In this document: in pieces, positions 54,545 to 63,732 of the stretch
Numbering within the stretch: the first letter of the stretch is position 1
Layout of the letters: every line of letters begins with the position of its first letter
DNA from: Candidatus Moraniibacteriota bacterium
GTDB lineage: Bacteria > Patescibacteriota > Minisyncoccia > Moranbacterales > UBA1568
Assembly (NCBI GenBank): GCA_052034935.1
Contig: JBPOIB010000001.1
Span: 74,746 to 138,745 of the forward strand
Direction: 5' to 3'
Length of the DNA stretch: 64,000 nucleotides
The notes under the pieces: generated by a model
The model's database searches: none
Told to the model about the DNA's origin: nothing
Seen by the model: the letters and a program-made list of their open reading frames with translations, nothing else
Program-made: the position numbers and the translations under genes

Positions 54545-54627
54545 GTAGGGTCATCTTCCTTGTCCGGCATTTCCCGGATGGGAAATGGCGAACCTCTTTA
54601 CCAACCAGCCTTGAAAGGGCGTACACC

Positions 54628-55344
54628 ATGAAGACCTCCGTCTCCATCCTGATGGCTTTCGCCATCGCCATCCTGCCGGGTCTCGCGCTCGCGCAGGCCA
54701 AGCCCACCGTCGCCGTCGATGGCAACACCGATGCCGTGGGCAAGCTGCTTCCGACCGGTGGCACCAGCATGACCGCCACCTCCGACGGCAAGACCACGAC
54801 CCTGACCTTGCGCCAGCTGTACGCCTTCGGCGAAGCCGGCCTCGGCAAGGGCGAGAACGGCGCCAAGAAGAAGCTCGACATGGAGCAGGGCACCGCGTAC
54901 ATGCTGCGGGCCAATTCCCGCGACTGGCGCGGCGGCCGGACCGCGGCAAGCGTCAAGCTCGACGACGACAAGGGTGCGGTCATCCTGGCCAAGGGTGTGA
55001 TCACCGACAACACGGTGACGTTCACGTTCCCGAGCGGCCGCGCGAAGCCGGGCGATCCGTTCGACTGCAAGAGCACCAATTTCCTGGTGCAGCCCAAGAG
55101 CGGCAACCGTGCCGATCGTGCCTGGCTCGGCCACCCCGGCTGGGCCGCCGCCAACACGGCGCCGAACATCGGCGACTACATGGTCCTCGCGGGTGACGAT
55201 GCCCGTTTCCCGGCGACCGCGCTCTGCTATGACGCGAACGGCAAGCTGGTGCCGCTGACCCCGGCCATGCGCGCCGAGCTCTCGAAGATCATCAACAAGC
55301 CCGAAGGCGCCGACAAGGCGACCCGGGTGGCCGCGGACAACTGA
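54628..55344 (+). CDS. Secreted protein, unknown function
   Basis: A signal peptide (MKTSVSILMAFAIAILPGLALAQA), 238 aa, no known motif. High-GC codon usage. Confidence 0.6.
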   Translation: MKTSVSILMAFAIAILPGLALAQAKPTVAVDGNTDAVGKLLPTGGTSMTATSDGKTTTLTLRQLYAFGEAGLGKGENGAKKKLDMEQGTAYMLRANSRDWRGGRTAASVKLDDDKGAVILAKGVITDNTVTFTFPSGRAKPGDPFDCKSTNFLVQPKSGNRADRAWLGHPGWAAANTAPNIGDYMVLAGDDARFPATALCYDANGKLVPLTPAMRAELSKIINKPEGADKATRVAADN

Positions 55345-55367
55345 CCTGCAAGCCTGCCGCAAGCCCG

Positions 55368-55412
55368 AAGGGCTCCCAACCGAACGCAACACGTTCACCG
55401 GGAGCCCTTTTT
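55368..55412 (+). terminator. Rho-independent terminator (long loop)
   Basis: AAGGGCTCCC … GGGAGCCCTT followed by TTTTT. Confidence 0.5.
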
Positions 55413-55439
55413 CATACCTAAAAATAGCGTTTTCATTCA

Positions 55440-55468
55440 TTGACAAGAAAGACTTTTTATAGTATCAT
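55440..55468 (+). promoter_or_regulatory. Promoter TTGACA-N17-TATCAT
   Basis: TTGACAAGAAAG…TAGTATCAT, ~105 nt upstream of ATG 55573. Confidence 0.45.
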
Positions 55469-55572
55469 GGGGAGTCAATTCCGGGCTTGAATAAAGCCTG
55501 GCATTGGCAGGTTTTTCAAGTCCCTTCCCATCTAGTCTGATTTATTTTCAGGCCACAACTCAGGAGTTTGCC

Positions 55573-56118
55573 ATGCAAGCCACACGTCCCTTTTTCTCGT
55601 TCCGCATCGCCTGCGCCGTACTGCTTCTCATCGGCGTCGCGTTCCTTGCGAACCCGGCCCGTGCGGAGACCGTCAAGGTCGAAGGCAATGCGCCCACCCC
55701 GACCATCGTGAGCATCGTGGCCAAGGGTGCCGGCCAAGGTGAAGTCACCATCACCGGTGTCCAGTTGAAGTCCAGCCTGTCCTACTGCCTCATCGGCGTG
55801 GGGCGCGGCAACTGGTACGGCACTGCGACCAAGGTCCAGCTCGAGAAGATCGGCTGCGCCAAGGCCGTCAGCGGTTCGGTAACCGTGCCGATCCGTCTCG
55901 ATGCCAAGCGCTACGAAGCGAACGGCAGCGTCATCGGCTACATCCCGATCGTGACCGACGCGAACGGCGTCATCATCGATTGGCCGCAGAAGCCCGTCGG
56001 TGCTCTCACGTTCGAGCGCACGAGCGGCAAGCCGGATGAGGCCATCGCCGTCTTCTGGGCGACGAACGGCCAACCAAAGCTCGCCACGGCCGAACAAGCC
56101 ATGACCATCAACGACTAA
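55573..56118 (+). CDS. Secreted protein, unknown function
   Basis: A signal peptide ending ANPARA, 181 aa, and an AGGAG Shine-Dalgarno. The start was moved to ATG 55573 from the upstream alternative in the track. Confidence 0.6.
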   Translation: MQATRPFFSFRIACAVLLLIGVAFLANPARAETVKVEGNAPTPTIVSIVAKGAGQGEVTITGVQLKSSLSYCLIGVGRGNWYGTATKVQLEKIGCAKAVSGSVTVPIRLDAKRYEANGSVIGYIPIVTDANGVIIDWPQKPVGALTFERTSGKPDEAIAVFWATNGQPKLATAEQAMTIND

Positions 56119-56127
56119 GGAGAACGC

Positions 56128-56877
56128 ATGTTCCATCGACTCATCGGAGCGCTCCTTGCGCTCCTTGTCTCGGGCTTCGTCTGGTCCGCGCCCTGTGCAC
56201 CGGGCTTGCCTGAGCGCCTCATCCCAGAGGCGGGGAAGGAGGGCACCGCCTTCTTTGCGAGCGAGACCATCAAGGACGAGTACCAGAATCCGGCCTGGAT
56301 GGCCAGGCAGAAGTTCGACCGTCTGGTTGGCATGTGGAACGCCGTGACGGTGTACCCCTGCGACCGCGGCCGGCCGGCGACGATCGAGTTCCACTCGTTC
56401 GAGATCGTCCGGCTCGACAAGACGACTGGCCGTCTCGTGCCCGAGCTCACCCTCGTGTTCGATGGTTCCACTGGCTCGTCGTTCGACGACATCAGCCAAT
56501 GGAAACGCGCCCCCGAATGGTGGGTGAACGGCCGGGCTGATCGCGAGCCTTCGGTCGTCAGCGTGAAAAGCGGCGTGTTCCGGGTCGACCTGAAGTCGGT
56601 GCCCGACAACATCGTCCACATGTGGACGAGCCGCATCGCTGCCAAAGCTGGCGAGATCTACGGTATCCGGGCGAAGGTCCGGATCGCCGGCGATGCCCGC
56701 TTGCAGGTCGCCATGGATTACTGGAAGGGCTTCGAAAGCCCCGAAGGAAGGCCCTGGAAGCCGGCTTGTGAAGGCATGGCCAACTGCGAAGCTTGGCTCG
56801 GCGACTGGTACGGCGATACCGGTGGCAAGTTCGTCACTGTCGTCTCGCCGCGGTCACTCCTCGGCAAGTCCTACTAG
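56128..56877 (+). CDS. Secreted protein, paralog A of a tandem pair
   Basis: A signal peptide and AAGGAG Shine-Dalgarno. It shares TAFFA(S/T)ETI…EYQ, LVGM(W/L)NAVTVYPCDRG, GDARLQ…MDYW(K/R)G, and C(E/Q)AWL…GDT.GKFVT blocks with 57051-57818. Confidence 0.65.
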   Translation: MFHRLIGALLALLVSGFVWSAPCAPGLPERLIPEAGKEGTAFFASETIKDEYQNPAWMARQKFDRLVGMWNAVTVYPCDRGRPATIEFHSFEIVRLDKTTGRLVPELTLVFDGSTGSSFDDISQWKRAPEWWVNGRADREPSVVSVKSGVFRVDLKSVPDNIVHMWTSRIAAKAGEIYGIRAKVRIAGDARLQVAMDYWKGFESPEGRPWKPACEGMANCEAWLGDWYGDTGGKFVTVVSPRSLLGKSY

Positions 56878-56895
56878 CAGCAATGCTGCTCTCTC

Positions 56896-56935
56896 GGCCC
56901 CAATGGATTTACAATCCGGCGGGGCCTGTTTTTTT
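56896..56935 (+). terminator. Rho-independent terminator
   Basis: GGCCCC …19 nt… GGGGCC followed by TGTTTTTTT. Confidence 0.5.
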
Positions 56936-57050
56936 ATCCGCTCATACCCTTGACAAAATATAAAATAAGGAGCATTATATAAAGTCATTTTCCAGACACT
57001 TCCGTTTGGAAGTGACGCCCTTTCAGCCCCTTACCAATAGGAGTTCCGCC

Positions 57051-57818
57051 ATGAAGGCAATCTGGAAATCATTTTTCGCTTTCGTTTTCGTCCTGTCCGG
57101 CCTGAGCCCGGCCATGTCCCAGACCCTGTCTGGCGTCTGCCCAGCACCGGTGCCGACCGCGAGTCCGACCATCCCGCAAGGCGTGGCGACTGGCGACACG
57201 GCCTTCTTCGCGACCGAGACGATCGCGCCGGAGTATCAGCCGCCCTCGAACATGTACAACCAGGGCTTCAACTACCTGGTGGGCATGCTGAATGCGGTGA
57301 CGGTCTATCCGTGCGATCGCGGCAAGGCAGCCAAGATCGAACTGAACAGCCTGCGCGTCATCCAGCGTGATTTCGTTGGCGTCGAAACGGTGGTGCAGCA
57401 CGTCACCTTCGGCCGCGGCTGGCAGAAGCCCAACAGTCTGGTCTACAAGACCTTTTACCGCGAACCGGGCTGGTTCACGAGCGGTGCGCCCGAAGCGCAG
57501 CCGACGCTCGCCTCGATCGCGCAGCAGACCTACGCCGTCGACCTGCGGTCCATCCCGAAGGGTATCTTCCATGCCTGGACGAATCCGCGGACGCCGGCCA
57601 TACCCGGCTATGCCTATTTCGTCGAAGTGGTGGTCCGGGTGACGGGTGATGCGCGCCTGCAGCTCGGCATGGACTACTGGCGCGGCAGCGACTCGGACTA
57701 CACCGGCTGGACGCCCGGCTGCACCGGTTCGAACAACTGCCAAGCGTGGCTGTCGAACTGGCTCGGCGACACGAAAGGCAAGTTCGTGACCTGGCGGGCG
57801 CCGTCGATGGCCTTCTGA
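57051..57818 (+). CDS. Secreted protein, paralog B of a tandem pair
   Basis: A signal peptide (MKAIWKSFFAFVFVLSGLSPAMSQ) and an AGGAG Shine-Dalgarno. It is a paralog of 56128-56877, and has its own promoter-like TTGACA at 56950. Confidence 0.65.
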   Translation: MKAIWKSFFAFVFVLSGLSPAMSQTLSGVCPAPVPTASPTIPQGVATGDTAFFATETIAPEYQPPSNMYNQGFNYLVGMLNAVTVYPCDRGKAAKIELNSLRVIQRDFVGVETVVQHVTFGRGWQKPNSLVYKTFYREPGWFTSGAPEAQPTLASIAQQTYAVDLRSIPKGIFHAWTNPRTPAIPGYAYFVEVVVRVTGDARLQLGMDYWRGSDSDYTGWTPGCTGSNNCQAWLSNWLGDTKGKFVTWRAPSMAF

Positions 57819-57861
57819 CGACTCCTGCGAGATTCCATTCTCGCGTACTCGCCTGATGACA

Positions 57862-57900
57862 AGCCTCACTTTTCGCAACCACGAAGGGTGAGGCTGTTTT
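57862..57900. terminator. Bidirectional terminator between convergent genes
   Basis: AGCCTCAC …18 nt… GTGAGGCT followed by a T-run. It sits between the + gene ending 57818 and the - gene ending 57905. Confidence 0.5.
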
Positions 57901-57904
57901 ATTT

Positions 57905-59299
57905 CTAGTAAGAATCCTGCAGCTCGCGGGGGAGCGAGTGATGGAAGAGGGCGAGGAAACCGCCGACGACGATCGCGAGGATCCACTGGACCGGGGTATT
58001 CTTGAAGACATTGTCGGAGAGGCTTGCGATGACGAGGGTCGCGAGGAGGAGTAGGAGAAGGACTGCCATGTTCTTCAGGCTGTGGCTCGGGGAAAGGCGC
58101 TTCACCTGGATGATCGGAAAGGCGAAAGTGACGAGATAGAGCACAAGGACACCGAGACCGACCAGGCCGCCTTCGACATAGAACTTCACGAAATCGTTGT
58201 GGGACTCGTTCGAGCCGAAACGTTCGCCCCGCAGCTGCTCGGAGGAGATGCGAAAGGTGTCGAGGCCGCTGCCGTAGCGGACTCGCTCTTCAAGTTGGGT
58301 CTTCAAGATCATGTCGTGCCAGAGGTTTTGCCGCCAGACGATCGATGAGTCGGCCGTCGGATTGAGCGCTTCGACGACGCGCTCCTTCACGGCCGGAACG
58401 AAAGCGGTGAGCACGATCGGGAGCAGGATGAGCGGCAGGAGGAGAAAACGAAAGCGCCAAAGCGCGAGGAGGAGTAGGAAGACAAAGAGCGCGACCCACG
58501 CGATGCGCGCGAACGTGAGGAGGAGCGTGAAGAGGACGAGGCTGATATAGAGGAGCGTGAGGAGTCGCGCACCGTCTTTCCGGGCGTAGACGATCCCGTA
58601 GATGGTCGCGACGGCGGCCACGGTGAAGAGGTAGAGACTGAAGACATTCGGATGGCTGAAGGTGCCGAAGATGCGGAGAGCGGAAACGTTCTCGTCGGAG
58701 AGTCCGATGCCGAAGGCGAACTGGTAGAGTCCGAAGGTAATCGGGATGAGACTTGAAATGAAGATCGCCATGAGAAGCCGCCGGTAATCGCGGTAGCGCT
58801 CCACACTCGCATAGGCGATGAAGCCGACGACGAAGAGGTCGAAGATGCGAAGCGCTTCCTGAGCCGTGCTCGACGGTGAGATCGAATAGACGAGGGTGCC
58901 GAGACCCCAGGTGATGACGAGGCCGTAGGGGACGACGAGCGCATAGCGGGTGAGCGCGCGGGCGTGGAGGAGGATGAAGACGATGCCGAAGCCGGCGATG
59001 CCGAGGCCGAGGAGCTGGGAAAGCGAGAGCGACAGTCCGAAGAGATCGAGCGCGAGGTATTGGGACGAATAATCGAGCGACATGCGGACCACGATGAGCG
59101 TCATGAGGAGCGCGAGCGGATTCCGGAAGAGCGCGACAATCCCGGCGATGCCCGCCATGAGCGCGACCGGGAGGAGAAGTGAGACTTTGGCGAAAACCGC
59201 GAGGAGTGCGAAAAGCGAGAATAAGGCGAGTGAAACGAGATAGGCGCGCGGGTCGGCCCAGATCGGTGTCTCTTTCAGCGCGGAAAGCTCGGGATTCAT
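57905..59299 (-). CDS. O-antigen ligase / Wzy_C-family polytopic membrane protein
   Basis: ~12 TM helices, with RIFGTFSHPNVFSLYLF matching the Wzy_C motif R..G.....H.N..S.YL. Confidence 0.7.
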   Translation of the reverse strand: MNPELSALKETPIWADPRAYLVSLALFSLFALLAVFAKVSLLLPVALMAGIAGIVALFRNPLALLMTLIVVRMSLDYSSQYLALDLFGLSLSLSQLLGLGIAGFGIVFILLHARALTRYALVVPYGLVITWGLGTLVYSISPSSTAQEALRIFDLFVVGFIAYASVERYRDYRRLLMAIFISSLIPITFGLYQFAFGIGLSDENVSALRIFGTFSHPNVFSLYLFTVAAVATIYGIVYARKDGARLLTLLYISLVLFTLLLTFARIAWVALFVFLLLLALWRFRFLLLPLILLPIVLTAFVPAVKERVVEALNPTADSSIVWRQNLWHDMILKTQLEERVRYGSGLDTFRISSEQLRGERFGSNESHNDFVKFYVEGGLVGLGVLVLYLVTFAFPIIQVKRLSPSHSLKNMAVLLLLLLATLVIASLSDNVFKNTPVQWILAIVVGGFLALFHHSLPRELQDSY

Positions 59300-59958
59300 G
59301 ATGGTTTTTTCCAGACAAGCGTATACGTCATCGCGAGCCCGAAAAAGCGGTTTGGGATGAGCTTGAAGTTGTCGATACCGGCTTCTTTGGCGAGGGCGGA
59401 GAGTTCCGGACCGGTGAGGAGTCTCATATAGTCGCCGGCAGCCCAGCCTTTGCCGAGCCTCGTCGCGACCCAGTCGAAACCAGCTTTCGGAAGCAGGATG
59501 TGAAGGAGTGGAATCCGGGTGTGGATCTCGATCGGGAAATGCCGGTTCGGCATGGTGAGATAACCGCGCTTTCCCACGCGGTAGAGCTCAGTAACGAAAG
59601 CAAGCTGCTGGTCGCGTTCGCCGACGTGCTCGATGACGGCGTTCGAGTAGGCGATGTCAAACTGATTATCGGTGAACGGTAGTTTTGTCCCGTCGGCCGA
59701 AACTGCCGTGACCGACGGGTAGCGATCCTGGAATGCACTGAGATCAGATTCGATCGCGACGGCGGTGATATTTTCCGGATGCGTGTAGTGTTGCTCAAGG
59801 TAGTTATCGGACGGCGAGTATTCGGTGACGTTCACGCCAACATCGACAATCCGGTCATCTGGGCCCGGAGTCATGAGAGCGAGAAATTGAGCCCATTTCT
59901 TGGTGCGGCTTTTTTCCGAGACGGATGCGGCGAGCGCTTCGATCAATGGGAGGGGCAT
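59296..59958 (-). CDS. Class I SAM-dependent methyltransferase
   Basis: IVDVGVNV (motif I-like) …FDIAYSNAVIEHV (motif II/III). The stop overlaps the ligase start (ATGA). The start is uncertain: ATG 59958 is chosen, with upstream alternatives to 60021. Confidence 0.65.
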   Translation of the reverse strand: MPLPLIEALAASVSEKSRTKKWAQFLALMTPGPDDRIVDVGVNVTEYSPSDNYLEQHYTHPENITAVAIESDLSAFQDRYPSVTAVSADGTKLPFTDNQFDIAYSNAVIEHVGERDQQLAFVTELYRVGKRGYLTMPNRHFPIEIHTRIPLLHILLPKAGFDWVATRLGKGWAAGDYMRLLTGPELSALAKEAGIDNFKLIPNRFFGLAMTYTLVWKKPS

Positions 59959-59998
59959 AGGGTAGGAAGAATCAAAAGGATTCAGTATACTGCATGAT

Positions 59999-61210
59999 AT
60001 GCGCGTGCTTCTCATCAACAAGTTCCACTACCTGAAAGGCGGGGCGGAACGGGCATATTTCGACACTGCCCATATTTTAACAGAAAACGGCCATGAGGTC
60101 GCTTTCTTTGCCATGAAGCATCCGGAGAATCTCACGACCCCGTGGCAGCGGTTTTTTGTCTCGCAGGTTGACTACCATGACGAGCGCGCGGGACTCTGGA
60201 CCAAACTCCGAGCTGCGGCGCATATCATTTGGAACTTCGAAGCGGCCCGGAATCTCGAAGCACTCATTCTCGAGTGGAAGCCCGATGTCGCCCATCTGCA
60301 CAATATCTATCATCAGCTCTCACCCTCGATTCTCTGGACGCTGCGGAAGCATAAGGTGCGGGTCGTCATGACGCTTCACGACTACAAGCTCATCTCGCCG
60401 AACTATAGTCTTCTGGTGCGCGGCAAGGTCTGGGATTCGACGAGTGGTGTCTGGGCGATTTTCGATCAGGCGGTCCAGAATTCGACGTTGAAAAGCGCGA
60501 TTTGCGCTTTCGAAAAATGGATTCACGGGTTTCTTCGAAGCTACAGTAAGGTTGACATGTATCTCGCGCCGAGCCGTTTCCTCATCGAGCGTTTCCGCCA
60601 GGCGGGCTTTCATCATCCGATTAAGCATATCGTCCAGCCGATCCGCCCCTTTCCACCAGAGCCGGAGTATCAGGAGGGCGGCTACTTTCTCTATTTAGGA
60701 CGCCTCGCCGAAGAGAAAGGCGTAGCGACGCTTATTGAAGCTGCGTGGGAGCTTCAGAATGAGGTGAAGATAAAAATCGTCGGGAACGGCCCGGATGAGG
60801 CGAAGCTGCGGGCTTTAGCTAAAGGACTCGGTAATATCGAGTTCCTCGGCTACAAGACTGGAGAGGAGTGGGAAGCGGTGCTCCGTGGCGCCCGCGCCCT
60901 TGTCTTACCCTCACTTTGGTATGAGAACATGCCCTATGTCATCCTCGAGGCACTGTCGCGCGGCAAGCCCGTCATCGCCTCGCGCATGGGCGGCATCCCG
61001 GAGCGGGTTATCGAGGGCGTGAGCGGCTGGCTTTTCGAAGCGGGCAATTCCAACGATCTCGTCCGGGCGATACGGAAGCTGATGCTGTTTCCGTCGCCGG
61101 AGAAACTTTCCGAGACGTGCTATAAAAGTGTTTCGGATGCTCGGCCGGAGAGCTATTATGAAGAATTGATGAAAGTCTACTCGGGTCCGCGCATTGATCC
61201 GCCCCTGTAA
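59999..61210 (+). CDS. Glycosyltransferase family 1 (GT4-type)
   Basis: An N-terminal GT4 fold, and C-terminal YLGRLAEEKG…LPSLWYENMPYVILEALSRGKPVIASRMGGIPE. Confidence 0.8.
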   Translation: MRVLLINKFHYLKGGAERAYFDTAHILTENGHEVAFFAMKHPENLTTPWQRFFVSQVDYHDERAGLWTKLRAAAHIIWNFEAARNLEALILEWKPDVAHLHNIYHQLSPSILWTLRKHKVRVVMTLHDYKLISPNYSLLVRGKVWDSTSGVWAIFDQAVQNSTLKSAICAFEKWIHGFLRSYSKVDMYLAPSRFLIERFRQAGFHHPIKHIVQPIRPFPPEPEYQEGGYFLYLGRLAEEKGVATLIEAAWELQNEVKIKIVGNGPDEAKLRALAKGLGNIEFLGYKTGEEWEAVLRGARALVLPSLWYENMPYVILEALSRGKPVIASRMGGIPERVIEGVSGWLFEAGNSNDLVRAIRKLMLFPSPEKLSETCYKSVSDARPESYYEELMKVYSGPRIDPPL

Positions 61211-61294
61211 GGGTCACTTATCGACCCTTGCAATTTTCTATAATTCGTGCTATACTTTTAGACGTGTCAAATTTTTGTTCCTTAGGAGTTGATT

Positions 61295-61501
61295 TTGAGT
61301 GAAAAAAGGCATTACCGTAACCGGTATCCTGAGCTTGAGGCGGATGCAAAACACCGCCGTTCGTTGCGTCGCATCAGCTGGGGCGCAGCAATCATCTGCG
61401 TCGCGCTCGTTGGTGCGTGCATCTGGATTGTCCTCGCAGCCCAGAGTGAATCAATCACCGTCGAGGATCCCTTTCCAACCGGGAATGTGTGGAGCAGATA
61501 A
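61295..61501 (+). CDS. Small single-TM protein (TTG start), hypothetical
   Basis: An AGGAG Shine-Dalgarno 6 nt before TTG. 68 aa, with a basic N-terminus then a TM helix (AAIICVALVGACIWIVLAA). Confidence 0.3.
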   Translation: MSEKRHYRNRYPELEADAKHRRSLRRISWGAAIICVALVGACIWIVLAAQSESITVEDPFPTGNVWSR

Positions 61502-61514
61502 GTCTGCAAAGAGT

Positions 61515-61556
61515 AGGGCCCGAATGCAAACGCGTTCGGGCCCTCAAAATTTTTTA
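61515..61556. terminator. Bidirectional rho-independent terminator
   Basis: A 10-bp stem AGGGCCCGAA / TTCGGGCCCT with a 10-nt loop, flanked by an A/T run. It lies between convergent genes. Confidence 0.65.
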
Positions 61557-61576
61557 TACGAAGGAGTGGCGGGACT

Positions 61577-63688
61577 TCAATTCTCCGCGATACGAAGGCG
61601 CGAATCGAGAATGCGGAAATCATTGCGGTCGGGGAAGGCAAGGAGCGGATTGATGTCGAGTTCTTCAATCTCCGGAAACTCGATGGCAATTTGCGAGAGA
61701 CGGGCGATGTATTCTTTGAGCCGTTCCAGATCGATCGGGTCGCTGCCGCGCGCACCGAGGAGAAGTGGTAAGCTTTTGAGCTCACCGAGCATCTCATCGA
61801 TGTCCGACGGCAGAAGCGGTGCGAAACGCATCGCGACATCCTTGAAAGTTTCGACGTAAATGCCGCCGAGGCCAACGACGACGAGCGTGCCGAGGCCCGG
61901 CTCCTTCTTCAATCCGAGGAGGAGCTCTCGCCCTCCGGTCTTGGCCATCTCAGCGATGGTTGCCCCCTCAATGCGAGCGTCGGGAACATTGGCCTGTACG
62001 GTCGCGATGAGGTGTTCGAAGGCTTGATCGGCTTCATCCGGATCGATACCGAGGAGTACGCCACCGACGTCAGATTTGTGGATGATATCGGGCGATGCGA
62101 TCTTCAGGACCACCGGAGTACCGAGGGATTCGGCGAAATGCCGCGCCTCTTCGGCGGTTGTCACGAGCGCGCTTTTCAAGAAGGGGAAATCGGCGCATTT
62201 GAGGAATTCGGCCGCCTGGTATTCGCCGAGCGAGAATTGTTTTTTTGACCGGACCTCAGTCAGGATCGCCTTTGCTTTTTCAATCTCCATCGGAAAGCTG
62301 GTAGGCGACTCGCTTTTCGCTTCGCGTTTCATCCGGGCGAAACGAGCGAGAGTCCCGAGCGCCCGCGCACCGCTTTCGGGATAGAGTAGGTTCGGAATCC
62401 GACCTTGTTGGAGGATCCGCTGGCCCTTGCCGACGAGCCGGTCGCCGGAAAACACAGTCACGATCGGGAGCGCGGGGTATTTCTTCCGGAGCCGCAGAAT
62501 CGCTTCGGCTGTTTTTTCCGCCTCGGTCATGGTCTGCGGCGTGAGGACAACGAGGATCATGTCGACCGAATCGTCACTGGCAACAACGCCAAGCGCCTGT
62601 TCGTAGCGCGCGGCGAGCGCATCGCCGAGGACATCGATCGGATTCAGGGTATTGGCGGCCGGAGGGAGGATCGCTTTGAGTGCTTCGACCGTCGCCGGAT
62701 CAAGCGAGGCGAGCGTGAGACCGCTCTCGATCGCGGCATCCGTCGCGAGGACGCCGAAGCCGCCCGCGTTCGTCACGATAGCCACTCGGTCGCCTTTCGG
62801 GAGCGGGTTCTGGTCCAAGACGAGGAGGAGCTCCATGAGCTCCTGGAAATTTCCGGCCCGGAACATCTTCGCCTGGCGGAACAGCGCATCATAGGCTGCA
62901 TCGCTCCCGGCCACTGCACCGGTGTGCGAGCTCGAGGCATGGGTTCCCGCTTCGGTCGTGCCGCTTTTCAAGGCGACGATTGGCTTCGATTTCTTTGCGC
63001 TGATATTGCTTCGGCCGAGCGTGATGAAGCCGGCGGCATCCAGGATGTTCTCGGTATACATGCCGATCGTCCGCGTATCCTCATCCTTGAAAAGATGCTC
63101 GAGGAGGCGCTTCTCATCAAGTACCGCTTTGTTGCCGATCGAGGCGAAGAGCGAGAAACCGAGTTTGTCCTGCGTGAGGTCGAGGAAAGCGCTCGTCAAA
63201 GCGCCGCTCTGCGAGAAGAACGCGATGCTGCCGGTTGCCGGAATCGACGAGGCGAAGGAGGCGTTGAGGTATTGGCTCGGATGGATGAAGCCGAGACAGT
63301 TCGGACCGAGGACGGAAATATTGAACTCTTCGGCGATTGATTGGATCTCGGCTTCGAGCGCCGCGCCGGCCGCGCCGCTTTCCTTGAAACCGGCCGAGAT
63401 GATGACGGCCGCGCGGACCATATGTTCGCCCGCCTCGCGGAGCACGGAGGGGACGATCTTGGCGGGGACGATGATGATCGCGAGCTCAGCCTTGCCCGGA
63501 ATGGCATCGAGGGACGGATAGCATGGCCGATCGAAGAGCTCATCGGTTTTCGGATTGATGAGAAAAACCTCGCCGGTGTAGTCGCTTTTAACGAGGTTCT
63601 TGGTGACGTCGTTGCCGACGGATCCCGGCGTCGTAGAGGCACCGATCACCGCGACCGAGCGGGGAGAGAAAAGGCTATGGAGAGACAT
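61577..63688 (-). CDS. Acetyl-CoA synthetase (ADP-forming), fused alpha-beta (NDP-forming acyl-CoA synthetase family)
   Basis: An N-terminal CoA-binding Rossmann domain (SVAVIGAS…PGSVG), a succinyl-CoA-synthetase-like His region (…GHTGAVAG…), and a C-terminal ATP-grasp. The start is at ATG 63688; the track ORF begins at an upstream GTG. Confidence 0.8.
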   Translation of the reverse strand: MSLHSLFSPRSVAVIGASTTPGSVGNDVTKNLVKSDYTGEVFLINPKTDELFDRPCYPSLDAIPGKAELAIIIVPAKIVPSVLREAGEHMVRAAVIISAGFKESGAAGAALEAEIQSIAEEFNISVLGPNCLGFIHPSQYLNASFASSIPATGSIAFFSQSGALTSAFLDLTQDKLGFSLFASIGNKAVLDEKRLLEHLFKDEDTRTIGMYTENILDAAGFITLGRSNISAKKSKPIVALKSGTTEAGTHASSSHTGAVAGSDAAYDALFRQAKMFRAGNFQELMELLLVLDQNPLPKGDRVAIVTNAGGFGVLATDAAIESGLTLASLDPATVEALKAILPPAANTLNPIDVLGDALAARYEQALGVVASDDSVDMILVVLTPQTMTEAEKTAEAILRLRKKYPALPIVTVFSGDRLVGKGQRILQQGRIPNLLYPESGARALGTLARFARMKREAKSESPTSFPMEIEKAKAILTEVRSKKQFSLGEYQAAEFLKCADFPFLKSALVTTAEEARHFAESLGTPVVLKIASPDIIHKSDVGGVLLGIDPDEADQAFEHLIATVQANVPDARIEGATIAEMAKTGGRELLLGLKKEPGLGTLVVVGLGGIYVETFKDVAMRFAPLLPSDIDEMLGELKSLPLLLGARGSDPIDLERLKEYIARLSQIAIEFPEIEELDINPLLAFPDRNDFRILDSRLRIAEN

Positions 63689-63732
63689 TTTTTGTGTTGG
63701 TTCACTTCCTAGTTTACCTGAGGCGGAGGCAA

